A stretch of DNA of 64,000 nucleotides from a virus. Shown here piece by piece: positions 1 through 10,168 of the stretch; position 1 is the stretch's first letter; each line of letters opens with the position of its first letter. The stretch is from positions 7,285 through 71,284 of the IMG/VR virus record IMGVR_UViG_3300025679_000007. One strand, 5' to 3'. The notes below the pieces were generated by a model, which had not been told where the DNA came from, did no database searches, and worked only from the letters and a program-made list of their open reading frames with translations. Position numbers and translations under genes: made by a program.

Positions 1-2
1 AA

Positions 3-692
3 TATCATACCGAGGAAGATGGCTCGCCATTGATCCAGGGCAGCGATGCGTGGAAAGCCGCGCCCACATATAATCGGCTGACCTACATTCGAGAATTGGA
101 CGAACGGGGGATAGAAAATCGACGCCTATCGTTATGGCAATGCGAATGCGGCGAGACGACGAAGGCTCCGCGTGGCCGGGTAGTGAGCGGTGCCACAAAG
201 TCATGTGGCTGCATGGCGCGAGAGAGCAAGCCGAGCTTGGCCCACGGCATGAAGTATACAAAGGAATACAACACATGGGCCGCCATCAAAGCCAGATGCC
301 ACAACCCAAAAAACAAAGACTTTCCGAAATACGGAGCGCGGGGAGTGGTGGTTTGTACTGAGTGGCGAAACAGCTTTGAGAGTTTCTGGAAATGCATGGG
401 AAGTGCGCCAACCTCTAAGCATCAGATAGACCGGATCAATACCTTGGGGAATTATGAACCGGGGAATTGTCGCTGGGCCACGGCGCAGGAGCAATGTCGC
501 AACACAGTATCAGCCTGTGATTGGTATATTAAGGGCATCCATTTCGAGACAGCGAAAGAGGCGGGTGTCTATTTCCGCGTAACTGAGCAGACCATCCACA
601 GATGGGTCAAGGGCTACTTTGACGCAAGGCGCGGCACCCAATCTCCCCCTAAAGCCAGTTGTATGGCCGTCTATAGATACCCGGAGCGCTGA
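3..692 (+). CDS. HNH homing endonuclease, 5' end beyond window, fused to a YqaJ-like N-terminal peptide
   Basis: CQCECG, KSCGC, RCHNP..YGARG, IDRINTLGNYEPGNCRWAT motifs; frame open back to base 3 reading YHTEEDGSPLIQGSDAWK. Confidence 0.85.
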   Translation, partial: YHTEEDGSPLIQGSDAWKAAPTYNRLTYIRELDERGIENRRLSLWQCECGETTKAPRGRVVSGATKSCGCMARESKPSLAHGMKYTKEYNTWAAIKARCHNPKNKDFPKYGARGVVVCTEWRNSFESFWKCMGSAPTSKHQIDRINTLGNYEPGNCRWATAQEQCRNTVSACDWYIKGIHFETAKEAGVYFRVTEQTIHRWVKGYFDARRGTQSPPKASCMAVYRYPER

Positions 693-693
693 T

Positions 694-1398
694 ATGATCG
701 TATACCATACGGAAGAAGATGGCTCGCCTCTGATCCAGGGCTCTGACAATTGGAAACGATTCCGTTGCGGGCGCCTTTGTGCCAGTGAAATGAAACTCGT
801 GATCACCCCAACACTAAAATGCGCCGTCAACGAAAAAGCGACCGGACATCTCTACAAGTTAATGGTTCAAAGGATCACTGGCCACGTCCCGGAACATTAC
901 GTGTCAGACGATATGTTGCGCGGCAAGAAAGATGAGATCGAGGCTCGCATTCTCTATGACAAGCATTGCGCCTCGGTGCAGGAGGTCGGTTTTGTTACGA
1001 ACGACGAGTGGGGCTTTACACTCGGTTACTCCCCAGATAGCCTCATTGGAGATGACGGTCTGTTCGAGGTCAAGTCCAGGCGCGACGATCTTCAGGTCAA
1101 GGATATCGTCGAAAACGTAATCTCACAGTCCGTGCCGGCCGACTTCATGATCCAATGTCAGACCGGCCTGTTGGTGAGCAAGCGGGAGTGGCTCGACCTC
1201 GCCATCATTTCTGGTGGGTTACCCATGCCGGTAATCCGCTGCACGCCAATTCCATCTGTGCAAGATGCCATCCTTGACGCGGCCTATGCGTTCGAGAAGC
1301 GGCTTGCTGAGAAGATGGATGTGTATCGTGACGTAATGGCATCCGGGGCGCGGCTGATCCCGACTGAGCGGCGCGTCTACGAGGACATTCTGGTATGA
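694..1398 (+). CDS. YqaJ/lambda-exonuclease family protein
   Basis: QGSDNW..RCG, ASE, SPDSL, EVKS, QCQ motifs; ATG at 694 just after the HNH stop. Confidence 0.88.
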   Translation: MIVYHTEEDGSPLIQGSDNWKRFRCGRLCASEMKLVITPTLKCAVNEKATGHLYKLMVQRITGHVPEHYVSDDMLRGKKDEIEARILYDKHCASVQEVGFVTNDEWGFTLGYSPDSLIGDDGLFEVKSRRDDLQVKDIVENVISQSVPADFMIQCQTGLLVSKREWLDLAIISGGLPMPVIRCTPIPSVQDAILDAAYAFEKRLAEKMDVYRDVMASGARLIPTERRVYEDILV

Positions 1399-2090
1399 CC
1401 ATTATTCGGATTATTGATTTTGAAACGACCGGCACCGAACCTCCGGAAGCCGAGGTGTGCGAGGTTGGCGTTTGTGATCTTCATCTTGAAGATAGACGAA
1501 TCGATCAGCCGCGAACCTGGATGTGCGGCGTGAGATCGATGCCGCCCGAAGTTCGCGCGATTCACCACATCCCGTTGTCCGAATGCGAAGGACATCCTCC
1601 ATTCGCGGCCGTCGAACTGTTCGATGAACCGATCGACGCCATAGCGGCTCACTCCGCCGAATTTGAAACCAAGTTCTTCGCGTCTCCGGTGCCAGTGATA
1701 TGCACCTACAAGGCCGCGCTCCGGGTGTGGCCCGATGCGCCGGGTCACAGTAACGGCACGCTCCGATACTGGTTGGAAGACGCGGGTAAGATCAAGCCAG
1801 AGCACGCCCTGACGCAACCTGCCCATCGCGCCGCGCCTGACGCTTATGTGACCGCGCACATCCTGGCCGCACTGTTCGAGGCCGGCGTGACTGGCCGTGA
1901 AATGGTCGCGTGGACCAAAGAGCCGCGGCTCTTGCCAAGATGTCCAATCGGCAAGTTCAGGGGAATGCCGTGGTCCGAAGTCGAGGCCGGATTCCTTGGT
2001 TGGATGCTGCGGCAACCGACCATGGAAGACGACCTGAAATGGAACGCACAGCGGGAAATCGACCGTAGATCAAGGGGAAACCAACCATGA
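1395..2090 (+). CDS. DEDDh 3'-5' exonuclease (exonuclease X-like)
   Basis: IIDFETTG, AAHSAEFE, HRAAPDAYVT, C-terminal GKFRG..W motif. Confidence 0.88.
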   Translation: MTIIRIIDFETTGTEPPEAEVCEVGVCDLHLEDRRIDQPRTWMCGVRSMPPEVRAIHHIPLSECEGHPPFAAVELFDEPIDAIAAHSAEFETKFFASPVPVICTYKAALRVWPDAPGHSNGTLRYWLEDAGKIKPEHALTQPAHRAAPDAYVTAHILAALFEAGVTGREMVAWTKEPRLLPRCPIGKFRGMPWSEVEAGFLGWMLRQPTMEDDLKWNAQREIDRRSRGNQP

Positions 2091-2944
2091 CCGACCTTAC
2101 CGATACGATTATTGCCAAGTCGGACCAGCTAAATGCAGACGATTTGATTGGTCGCACATTGACGATCAAAATTACCAAGGTTTCGGGTTGTCCTGAACCG
2201 CAGCAGCCGATCGCCATCAATTTTGAAGGAGATAATGGGAAGCCCTTCAAACCCTGTAAATCCATGCGGCGTGTCCTGGTCTATATCTGGGACAGGGACG
2301 GCGCTCAATACGTCGGACGCAAGATGACGCTTTATCGCGATCCCAAGGTGCGCTTCGGCGGCGTTGAAGTCGGCGGTATTCGCATCTCGCACATGTCGGA
2401 CATCACGGAACCCGTCACGATGGCACTTGCCGAGAGCAAAGCGAGCCGCAAGCCATTTACCGTGAAGCCGCTGATCGAGCCAAAGCCGGCCGCCACCCAG
2501 GCGAAGAAACCCAAAACCTGGGGCGACTTCCTGGACGAGCTTGAACCTGAGTTGGCCGGCGCCGAAACCAAGGATGCGGTCGATGCCATCTTGGCCCGCG
2601 ATCTTGTCCACAAAGCTCAGGACACACTCAAAAACGGATCGCTCGAACGACTGAATAAGATGATCACGAATGCGATCCGCCGCACATCCGAACCGGACGC
2701 CACCGAAGCCGAGGAAATCCCCGCCGACGCACCAGCCCCAGAAGCCCTCACCGCCGCGACGCACGACATGGTTCGCCACATCGCCGGCCGTGACAAGGCG
2801 ACGCTGCCCGCCCTGACCGCCAGCGGCGCCTATCAGCGGCTCGTCACGGACCTGGAAAAATCCGGGAACTTCGACCTGATGAATCGGATCAGGGATGCCA
2901 ATTCCGCCGCGATGCTGCGGACTGGTGAGATTGAGGAAGTGTGA
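2087..2944 (+). CDS. Phage recombination-module protein (putative ssDNA-binding/annealing)
   Basis: KSDQLNADDL..KPCKSMRRVL..GGIRISHMS N-domain; position beside the exonucleases. Confidence 0.55.
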   Translation: MTDLTDTIIAKSDQLNADDLIGRTLTIKITKVSGCPEPQQPIAINFEGDNGKPFKPCKSMRRVLVYIWDRDGAQYVGRKMTLYRDPKVRFGGVEVGGIRISHMSDITEPVTMALAESKASRKPFTVKPLIEPKPAATQAKKPKTWGDFLDELEPELAGAETKDAVDAILARDLVHKAQDTLKNGSLERLNKMITNAIRRTSEPDATEAEEIPADAPAPEALTAATHDMVRHIAGRDKATLPALTASGAYQRLVTDLEKSGNFDLMNRIRDANSAAMLRTGEIEEV

Positions 2945-3074
2945 TGGCGGACCACCTGGAACGACTCACCCGCGAACTGGCGGACAAGGGCAAGCCGATC
3001 GAGGCCGGCTGGACCGCGCGGAACATCGATCCTGAAACGATCGCCGCCCGGTTGTGGGCTGAAAGCGAGGGGCC

Positions 3075-3266
3075 ATGACCTACCTCGATGGCCTACAAGC
3101 CGCCCAAACAGCATGCCACGTCGTAAGGGGGCGCCTTTTGAAGGATCGTCGCGAAGCCTTGGCCGAAGGAGACACCCAGGCACAGGTTCTTGCCACGTCC
3201 GGAGCGCTGGCTGTTTGGCTTTGCATCGAAGAAATCCACACGTTGATCGCGAAGACACCGCCATGA
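3075..3266 (+). CDS. Hypothetical phage protein
   Basis: GAGG upstream; lies within early gene string. Confidence 0.45.
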   Translation: MTYLDGLQAAQTACHVVRGRLLKDRREALAEGDTQAQVLATSGALAVWLCIEEIHTLIAKTPP

Positions 3267-3354
3267 AGCTCCTGACCGTCCTCGCGTTGATCCTGCTCGC
3301 TTTGGCCGGCCGCGACATCGCAACGAACTATCCCCCCATGGATAAGGAAAATAA

Positions 3355-3759
3355 ATGAGCGACTTCAAACCAATACTCTGTGTCGATTTCGACGGCGTGG
3401 TGCACTCGTACGAAAAAGGCTGGCAAGACGGTGTGATCTACGGAACCGTCACGCCCGGTTTTTTCGAATGGGCTGAGCAAGCCGCGAAGCAATTCAATCT
3501 CGTGATCTATTCCTCTCGGTCAAAGTCTGAAGAAGCCCGGGTGGACATGCTGGTGTGGCTGATCGACCAACGCCGCGAGTGGCGCAAGGCCGGCGGGATG
3601 CATGAGACAGACGCGGCGCTGGACTTTGAGTTCGCGGACCAAAAGCCGCCGGCGTGGCTTACGATCGACGATAGGGCGATCTGCTTCAAAGGCGACTGGT
3701 CCGCGCCGGAACTGACGCCGGACGCCATGCGCGCGTTTAAGCCGTGGAACGTGAAATAA
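3355..3759 (+). CDS. HAD-superfamily phosphatase-like protein
   Basis: CVDFDGV motif I and IDDRA motif; AAGGA SD. Confidence 0.75.
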   Translation: MSDFKPILCVDFDGVVHSYEKGWQDGVIYGTVTPGFFEWAEQAAKQFNLVIYSSRSKSEEARVDMLVWLIDQRREWRKAGGMHETDAALDFEFADQKPPAWLTIDDRAICFKGDWSAPELTPDAMRAFKPWNVK

Positions 3760-3936
3760 TTCGCTCCAAGAAGAACCACCCGCCTTCTGAAAAGGACGAT
3801 CCATGACCTACACCGTCACGTTTACTTCACCGCTGACCGCCGATGACATGACCTTGGCCGCGCACCTGGCGGGAACACCGGCGAGCACGAGCACCAGCAC
3901 TGGGAACAGCACGGGCACAGCGCGGGATGCGCTGCC

Positions 3937-4182
3937 GTGAACAACCCGCGGTGCGCCGCGTGTATCTATCTCGGTCCAGAAGGGACGCACGATAGTTCGC
4001 CGGCAATCATTGGCCCGACATGTCGCCGCCATGCACCCATTGCAACGGGCGGAATGATGTCAGGCAGCCGCACCATGTGGCCGGTCGTGCAGCCTGACGA
4101 TTGGTGCGGTGATTTTGAGCCGGTCGAACAGGATGGGCCGTTCGGGCCACACGCCAATCACTCTGTCGCTGCGGAGCACTGA
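3937..4182 (+). CDS. Small Cys-rich phage protein
   Basis: CAAC..CRRHAP..WPVV..DWCGDF pattern. Confidence 0.6.
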   Translation: MNNPRCAACIYLGPEGTHDSSPAIIGPTCRRHAPIATGGMMSGSRTMWPVVQPDDWCGDFEPVEQDGPFGPHANHSVAAEH

Positions 4183-4184
4183 CG

Positions 4185-4529
4185 ATGAATTATGAAGAAT
4201 ACTGGCGGGAGTGCATCGCCGACGCCGCAGAGGAATGCGGAGCAGTTCTGACCGGCGAACAGATCAACGCAATAGCTGGGTCTGTGCAAGTCGCGCATGA
4301 GAACTATGACATGGCGTTCTACGCTCCGCCGCCGTCCGATCGCATCAGCACTGTGAAGCGCGAAGGCGACGCCAAACTGGCCCGTCTTCAGGCTGAGTTT
4401 GATGCTTACCGAAACGACGCCGAAATCGCCGTCAAGCGCGCGTTGCGCCAATGGCCTGACGCCAACGTGAGCATCCAGAAGAACGGAGAAGTTATCCGTT
4501 GGGGCGGTCGGATCGAGCGCATCCAATGA
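4185..4529 (+). CDS. Hypothetical phage protein
   Basis: GGAG SD, protein-like composition. Confidence 0.65.
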   Translation: MNYEEYWRECIADAAEECGAVLTGEQINAIAGSVQVAHENYDMAFYAPPPSDRISTVKREGDAKLARLQAEFDAYRNDAEIAVKRALRQWPDANVSIQKNGEVIRWGGRIERIQ

Positions 4530-4587
4530 CCGTGCCAAAAACACCGGAGGCCCTCGATGCGTTCGCGAAGGCGCCGGTGGCGGCGGC

Positions 4588-4797
4588 ATGACAAAGGAGC
4601 CGCCGGACATCACGGAATCTGCCGTCTTTTACAGATGGTGGCAGTGCCGCGAGCCGCGGGAGCGCGATGCCGTTCTCATGCAACGGGCGCTCGATGCCGG
4701 ACTGATCATGGAGAGCGGCGATATGCTTTTCCTGACCGCCAAAGGTCAGGAGTTGCGCGCGCTGTCGTTTCCAAAGAGGATCAAGGCCCGTGGGTGA
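4588..4797 (+). CDS. Hypothetical protein
   Basis: Overlaps the start of the next gene. Confidence 0.4.
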   Translation: MTKEPPDITESAVFYRWWQCREPRERDAVLMQRALDAGLIMESGDMLFLTAKGQELRALSFPKRIKARG

Positions 4798-5740
4798 AAA
4801 CAGCAAGATCGAATGGACCACGCACACGCTTAATTTCTGGATTGGGTGCCAGGAGATCAGTCCGGCTTGCGACTTCTGCTACGCCAGGGAGCAAAACGCT
4901 TTCCGAGGCTGGGTCAAAGGCTGGGGATCGCATGGGGAGCGACGGCGCACCAAAACCTGGGGGGACGCGCTGCGCTGGAATCGAACGGCGCGCGAGACTG
5001 GCATCCGCGCGAAGGTATTCAGCAACTCGCTGTCCGACTTCTTTGACAACGCCGTTGACGAGACCGGCATCCGCGATGAAGCCTGGCAGGTGATCGACGA
5101 GTGCCGCGATCTTGACTGGCTCCTGCTCACGAAGCGACCTCAGCTTATCACAAACCGCTTGCCCGCCGACTGGATGACGCGCGGACCTGACGGGTGGCTG
5201 ATACCATGGCCGCATGTGTGGCTTGGCTGCACAACGGAAAACCAGGAGGAAGCTGATCGGCGCATCCCGCATCTGCTGGCGGTGCCGGCGGCGATGCATT
5301 TCTTGTCGTGCGAACCGCTACTTGGGCCGGTTGATCTTACCCACATCCTGGCGCCCCGAGATACAACTGACGACCTGGGGTGGACGTTCAATGCCCTGGA
5401 TACTGGCGACTATTACCAGTTCCGAGACAACCTGAGCTATTGGCAGAGTGGGGACGGCCCACACCGTGACAATCGTATTAGTTGGGTAATTTCGGGCGGA
5501 GAATCCGGCCCGCATGCGCGTCCGTCCAATCCACAGTGGTTCCGCGATATAGGTCGGCAGTGCGCCGATGCTGGTGTTGCGTGGTTCCATAAACAGAACG
5601 GCGAGTACGCGTCTGTCAGTGAGGTCGCTGGCCCCGGTGTCCATTTTAGTTTTTCGGATGGCCGAACGGTGCGCCGCGTCGGCAAGAAGGCCGCAGGCGC
5701 GCGGCTCGATGGGCACGAACACAAGGAAATGCCCCGATGA
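4790..5740 (+). CDS. Gp37/Gp68 (DUF5131) family protein
   Basis: SKIEWT, GC..ISPACDFCYA, LLLTKRP, FLSCEPLLG, WVISGGESG, FHKQ motifs. Confidence 0.9.
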   Translation: MGENSKIEWTTHTLNFWIGCQEISPACDFCYAREQNAFRGWVKGWGSHGERRRTKTWGDALRWNRTARETGIRAKVFSNSLSDFFDNAVDETGIRDEAWQVIDECRDLDWLLLTKRPQLITNRLPADWMTRGPDGWLIPWPHVWLGCTTENQEEADRRIPHLLAVPAAMHFLSCEPLLGPVDLTHILAPRDTTDDLGWTFNALDTGDYYQFRDNLSYWQSGDGPHRDNRISWVISGGESGPHARPSNPQWFRDIGRQCADAGVAWFHKQNGEYASVSEVAGPGVHFSFSDGRTVRRVGKKAAGARLDGHEHKEMPR

Positions 5741-6066
5741 CCGACGAAGTACGCAACGACCTGATCGCGCGGCTTGAGGCGGTGACGAATGGAAGCGAAG
5801 AACTCGACCTTGAGATTCTCCGAGTATTGGACATACGACTTGGTGTTGATGCGCCCTTCATTTCACATATGCCTCATATCCAACAGTTCACCCGCGGCAT
5901 CGACGCCGCCCTGACGCTGCTTTCGCCGGGCGCGTTCTGGTCGCTTCTTACAGCGGACGCTGGCGGTTTCCAGGCGACGGTGGTGAACGACCATCTCGCG
6001 AAATATGTCCGCCATAACTCCGCGGCGATGGCGTTGTGCATCGCCGCGTTGAAGGTGAGGCCATGA
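5737..6066 (+). CDS. Hypothetical phage protein
   Basis: ATGA overlap; ends ALCIAALK as in common phage small proteins. Confidence 0.6.
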   Translation: MTDEVRNDLIARLEAVTNGSEELDLEILRVLDIRLGVDAPFISHMPHIQQFTRGIDAALTLLSPGAFWSLLTADAGGFQATVVNDHLAKYVRHNSAAMALCIAALKVRP

Positions 6067-6398
6067 TGGCTGAAAACGAAGACCTCGGCATCCGTATCGG
6101 TCGCATGGCCAAGGCTCTGACCAAAGAGCAACTGGCCGAAATGCTGGCCATTCACGAACTTGACTTGTGGCGCCGGAAAACCCGTACGCCGACATTCGGT
6201 TTGTTTCCGGACGATCCGGTTTATGGACCCTTGATCGAAGGCACGATGATCGCGTGGCGCCAGACCCGAAAGCGGTGTGGCTTCGGCCATCTGACCGAGC
6301 TCGGAGAACGCGTGATGCTGTGCCGGATTACATACGATCTGGAAGCGTCTGGCGCGTTGCCAGCTCCGCCCGATGGTGAAGGGGAGTTGGGGCAATGA
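6063..6398 (+). CDS. Hypothetical phage protein
   Basis: ATGA overlap with previous gene. Confidence 0.55.
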   Translation: MMAENEDLGIRIGRMAKALTKEQLAEMLAIHELDLWRRKTRTPTFGLFPDDPVYGPLIEGTMIAWRQTRKRCGFGHLTELGERVMLCRITYDLEASGALPAPPDGEGELGQ

Positions 6399-6600
6399 CC
6401 GATGAAATCCGACCGCCGCCCGCCATCGGCACCCTTCATCGGCGCGTCGTCGGCAAGCGGGACCGGCGCCGCCAAACACGCAACGCAGTGGTCGTCATAG
6501 AATGGAATGGCGTGTTTGGCGACTTTCAGTTGACGACCTGCCATGGAAATGACTGGGTGATCGATGGCTGACGCGCCCTCCGCTTATCCTCTGGCATCCG

Positions 6601-7035
6601 ATGGTTAGCGCCTGTGAAAAACGCGAAGCGGCGAAGACTGAATGCCGGGCGGCCCTTCGCGATGCGTGGCGCGCGAATGCCCTGTCATACTGGCCCGCTG
6701 CTCATACGCCGACCCAGCAGCGCACCGCGATGGTGATCGCGGCGTTTGCTTGTGATGTGAAGCAAGATCACCAACTCGCGGACTGGCTCTTATGTGCGCG
6801 ACCAGAGCATGCCCGCGCCGTCGCAACCGGCGTCGCGGCTCACGCGCTGCGCGATGGAATCACCGCCGCGTGGGATGCCCTGATCGCCGTTGACGCGATG
6901 GATTGCGACCAGGCCGATGAACTGTACCAGACCGATGGCGTGTTGAGATGGACGCCGCGCCCCGAATGGCTCACGCCCGTCCGGAGACCGGACCCGGAGG
7001 CGATTTGGCGCGCGCGGGAGGAATTGCGGGGATGA
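6601..7035 (+). CDS. Hypothetical protein
   Basis: ORF in early operon orientation; start uncertain. Confidence 0.45.
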   Translation: MVSACEKREAAKTECRAALRDAWRANALSYWPAAHTPTQQRTAMVIAAFACDVKQDHQLADWLLCARPEHARAVATGVAAHALRDGITAAWDALIAVDAMDCDQADELYQTDGVLRWTPRPEWLTPVRRPDPEAIWRAREELRG

Positions 7036-7081
7036 CTGACCGCACCGCCGCCGCCTGGTCGTGCGACGAGGGGCGTTCTTG

Positions 7082-7462
7082 ATGGACGACACCTCAGAGC
7101 GCCTGCGCCTGCAATGGCTGTACGAGAGCATAGCCGATCCCGATTGCACGGGGTGGACGTGTCCGACATGCGACTATTCGAACTATCACACCTATGGCCT
7201 GAAGGAATGCGAGCGGTGCGCGTTCGAACTTGATCAGGATCGTGTCCGGGACGCGCTGGCCGAACGTGAAACAGACAAAGCGGCTAACAAAGTAAAATCC
7301 AGGAAATATGAGTGCTTCATTGAAGATCACGTCCCGTTGCCGTGGACGCCAGGACGCTGCGCCGGATACGCGGGCCACACGCTCCATTTGATGCGCTGCA
7401 AACGGAAAGACGGTTTTGGATTGGGTGGGTTGTTCTGTAAGCAACATGCGAAGAATTCGTGA
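7082..7462 (+). CDS. Zn-ribbon-containing hypothetical protein
   Basis: WTCPTC..CERC and C-terminal RC..FCKQH. Confidence 0.55.
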   Translation: MDDTSERLRLQWLYESIADPDCTGWTCPTCDYSNYHTYGLKECERCAFELDQDRVRDALAERETDKAANKVKSRKYECFIEDHVPLPWTPGRCAGYAGHTLHLMRCKRKDGFGLGGLFCKQHAKNS

Positions 7463-7466
7463 CCCC

Positions 7467-7664
7467 ATGCACGCGCTGATCACCGACGCGTTCTTCGCGC
7501 TGGCATTCGCCGGCTGGGCGATCTGGTGCGGCGAGCGATCGAGCCGAATCGAGGGTGTTGGATATGGCCTCGCGGCTATCGCCCTCGCCGGTGCCGCGGC
7601 CACGTTCGCGTGCGTGGCCGCCAATGTGGCGATGCGCATGGATTTTCCGGGGGCGGGGCAGTGA
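7467..7664 (+). CDS. Small membrane protein
   Basis: Two hydrophobic segments. Confidence 0.5.
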   Translation: MHALITDAFFALAFAGWAIWCGERSSRIEGVGYGLAAIALAGAAATFACVAANVAMRMDFPGAGQ

Positions 7665-8230
7665 CTGAGACGCTGCATACGCTGGCCGACGTGGCGGAGG
7701 CGCATCATACGACGCCGCTGGTGTTGCTGCGTTTTTTTCGTAGGCGCGGAATCGAAGTACATAAAACCAACATACACGGCAGATGGGCGGTATCGCAGGA
7801 AGGCTTGACGGAACTCAGTCTTACAGTTCAGCGGTTGGCGAACGAACATGCCAGGATCGCGTTTCTACGAAGTGAGGGTGCTCGAATCAGGCGAGAGGCG
7901 CGCACAAAGCAGCGAGCCAAAGAAACCGCGCTGACCGAGGCTGCTGTTGTCGCGCGTGCCATCCGGTGGAAGCCGTATGGATCTGGCGTCTATTTCCTGA
8001 TCAAATCAAAGAAAGTCATCTACGTTGGCCAGACCGTCAATGTGATCATCCGTGTTGGCACGCACGCCACCACAAAGAAGTTCGACACGTGGCATTGGAT
8101 TCCATGCCCACGCGACAAGCTTAACGCGCTTGAACGCATATATATTGATGCTTTTTTGCCTCCCTTAAATCGCGACCCCTTTACCCGCATGTTACGGTCA
8201 TCTCGCGAGGTGGATGGGACCAATGCCTAA
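7661..8230 (+). CDS. GIY-YIG domain protein
   Basis: SGVYFL..VIYVGQT..R..H, LERIYI..PPLN; GTGA overlap. Confidence 0.8.
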   Translation: MTETLHTLADVAEAHHTTPLVLLRFFRRRGIEVHKTNIHGRWAVSQEGLTELSLTVQRLANEHARIAFLRSEGARIRREARTKQRAKETALTEAAVVARAIRWKPYGSGVYFLIKSKKVIYVGQTVNVIIRVGTHATTKKFDTWHWIPCPRDKLNALERIYIDAFLPPLNRDPFTRMLRSSREVDGTNA

Positions 8231-8471
8231 CTTCGATTATCTCCCGCCCGGCATTGTCCCATTCGCGGTGTCTCGTGAGGCGGCGGCCGCGCTGATCGGG
8301 GTCTCCGCCGCGTTCTTCGACAGGCTGGTCAAAGACGGCCGGATGCCGCAACCTCGCGAGGTGGACGGCCGGGTGCTCTGGGACTCTGAGGAGGTGCGCG
8401 CCGCGTGGCGGGCCATCCCCCGCCGAGGCGCCAAGGCCACGGTCAACGAATGGGATGGGGCGACGGCGTGA
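8223..8471 (+). CDS. Excisionase / AlpA-like HTH protein
   Basis: SREAAAALIGVS..FDRLVKDGRMPQP..RVLW immediately upstream of integrase. Confidence 0.82.
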   Translation: MPNFDYLPPGIVPFAVSREAAAALIGVSAAFFDRLVKDGRMPQPREVDGRVLWDSEEVRAAWRAIPRRGAKATVNEWDGATA

Positions 8472-9505
8472 CCAACCTGAAACTGAAATACGTCCACCGG
8501 TTTCGCGACAGGCATGGTCATGTGCGGCACTACTTCCGGCGCCCTGGCCATAAAACCACGAAACTTCCTGGCCTTCCGGGATCAGCCGCTTTCATGGCCG
8601 CCTATCAAAACTGCCTGAACGAGCCATCTTCACCGATCGGCGCGACCGCGACGGCGGGCAGCTTCGCGGCGCTGGCCGCCTCCTGGTATCAGGATGGGGA
8701 GTTCAAGGCTTTGTCCCCGTCGTCCAAGATTACGTACCGCCGGATCATCGACGCGTTCCTTGAAAAGAACGGAGACAAAGGGGTGGCGACACTCGAAGCG
8801 CAGCACGTTCGGGACATGCTGAAGGGAAAATCGGATACCCCAGCCGCGGCGAACCGACTTCGATCCATCCTCCGGCTCTTGCTGCGGCACGCGGTGGAAC
8901 ACGGCTGGCGGCGGGACAATCCAATGCTGGATGTCCGGCGGGTCAAGCACAGAGTCAAAGGTTTCGCTGTGTGGACGAACGCCGATCTGACCGCGTACGA
9001 AAGTCGCTGGCCGATCGGTACCCGCGAGCGGTTGGCGTTTGAATTGTTGCTGATGACCGGGCAGCGCCGCGGCGATGTGATCCGCATGGGGCCGCGCGAT
9101 ATCCGCGATGGTGGGATCGAGGTGCGGCAGGGTAAGACTGGCGCGGCTCTTTTGGTGCCGATCGGGGCGGAGCTGCAGGTGGCCATGGACGCCTGCGAAC
9201 TGGTCGGCACCGGAACATTCCTGATCACGCGATACGGCAATCCGTTCGCTTCCGGGACAGCGTTCTACAATTGGTTCAAAGATAAGGCCCACGCTGCCGG
9301 GGTTAAGAAGCCGCTCCATGGGCTGCGGAAAGCGAACCAGCGGATCATCGCGGAACAAGGCGGCACCGCCAAGCAAGCCATGGCGGTGTCTGGCCACATG
9401 ACACTATCGGAGGCTGAGCGGTATCAGCGCGACGCGGATCAGCCAACGTTGGCGCGGGCCGGTGTGGAGGCGCTGAGCCGGGGCAGGAAGCCAAAAAGTC
9501 TCTGA
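8468..9505 (+). CDS. int: Tyrosine integrase
   Basis: TGQRRGD, QGKTG, HGLRK, SGH..Y catalytic pattern; N-terminal RDRHG..YFRR arm-binding domain. Confidence 0.93.
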   Translation: MTNLKLKYVHRFRDRHGHVRHYFRRPGHKTTKLPGLPGSAAFMAAYQNCLNEPSSPIGATATAGSFAALAASWYQDGEFKALSPSSKITYRRIIDAFLEKNGDKGVATLEAQHVRDMLKGKSDTPAAANRLRSILRLLLRHAVEHGWRRDNPMLDVRRVKHRVKGFAVWTNADLTAYESRWPIGTRERLAFELLLMTGQRRGDVIRMGPRDIRDGGIEVRQGKTGAALLVPIGAELQVAMDACELVGTGTFLITRYGNPFASGTAFYNWFKDKAHAAGVKKPLHGLRKANQRIIAEQGGTAKQAMAVSGHMTLSEAERYQRDADQPTLARAGVEALSRGRKPKSL

Positions 9506-9522
9506 AGTTTATGGGGGTTGTA

Positions 9523-9702
9523 GGCAACCCGAAGCGCGAATTGGCAACCCTTCCCATAAAATCCGCGAGAAACCTTGGTTTTCAGAAACAGGATGGTGGA
9601 GCTGAGGGATGCGTCACAATTGGTATAAATCAATGAGGTGGCGTGGCAACCCTTCCAGTATCCAATCACACTTACACAATGAGTTTTCGATGATTGGCAA
9701 AC
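9523..9702. other. attP-like site: core resembling a tRNA-Ala/tmRNA 3' end flanked by arm-type repeats
   Basis: 9594-9609 reverse complement TCCCTCAGCTCCACCA; TGGCAACCCTTCC at 9542 and 9644, GGCAACCC at 9523, TTGGCAAAC at 9694; directly downstream of int. Confidence 0.72.
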
Positions 9703-9793
9703 ATGAACGTGTCAGGAACATGGTCGAATTTGCCGCGATTGTTGACACGCCACAGACACGCGCGGTTCCCGGGATGTTCACGGAGGGCGAGAG

Positions 9794-10168
9794 ATGGCAC
9801 ATCTGACCTTGGATGATATCCGGACGGCGGCGGCAGCCATAGCCAACGCGCGCGGTGGGCGGCGCGGTGTGCCGGCGGTTACGAACATCCTGGACCTGCT
9901 GCCCGATAAACTCAGCGAGGAAGTGCTCGACGATGCGATGGCAGTCGCGCGCGCGCTCGACGATTCAGACTGGCAGCCGATCGAGACGGCGCCGGGCGAT
10001 GAGACGATCCTGATCTACGTGCCGCCTTTCGCCCCCATGCAGGGGACCAGATCGGGGCGATTCGGAACCTGGATGATCGGCGCCCGGTCGATTTTTGGGC
10101 GTGACCTGGCGCCTGGGATGGAGCCGACGCACTGGATGCCGCTGCCCGAGCCGCCCCATGCCCCCTGA
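9794..10168 (+). CDS. DUF551-like phage protein
   Basis: WQPIETAP...PTHWMPLPEPP; GGAGG SD. Confidence 0.8.
   Translation: MAHLTLDDIRTAAAAIANARGGRRGVPAVTNILDLLPDKLSEEVLDDAMAVARALDDSDWQPIETAPGDETILIYVPPFAPMQGTRSGRFGTWMIGARSIFGRDLAPGMEPTHWMPLPEPPHAP

Noticed and set aside
8202-8365. 13-bp repeat CTCGCGAGGTGGA at the GIY-YIG end and inside the excisionase
   Set aside because: Too short to support an insertion duplication; the first copy may simply serve as the SD
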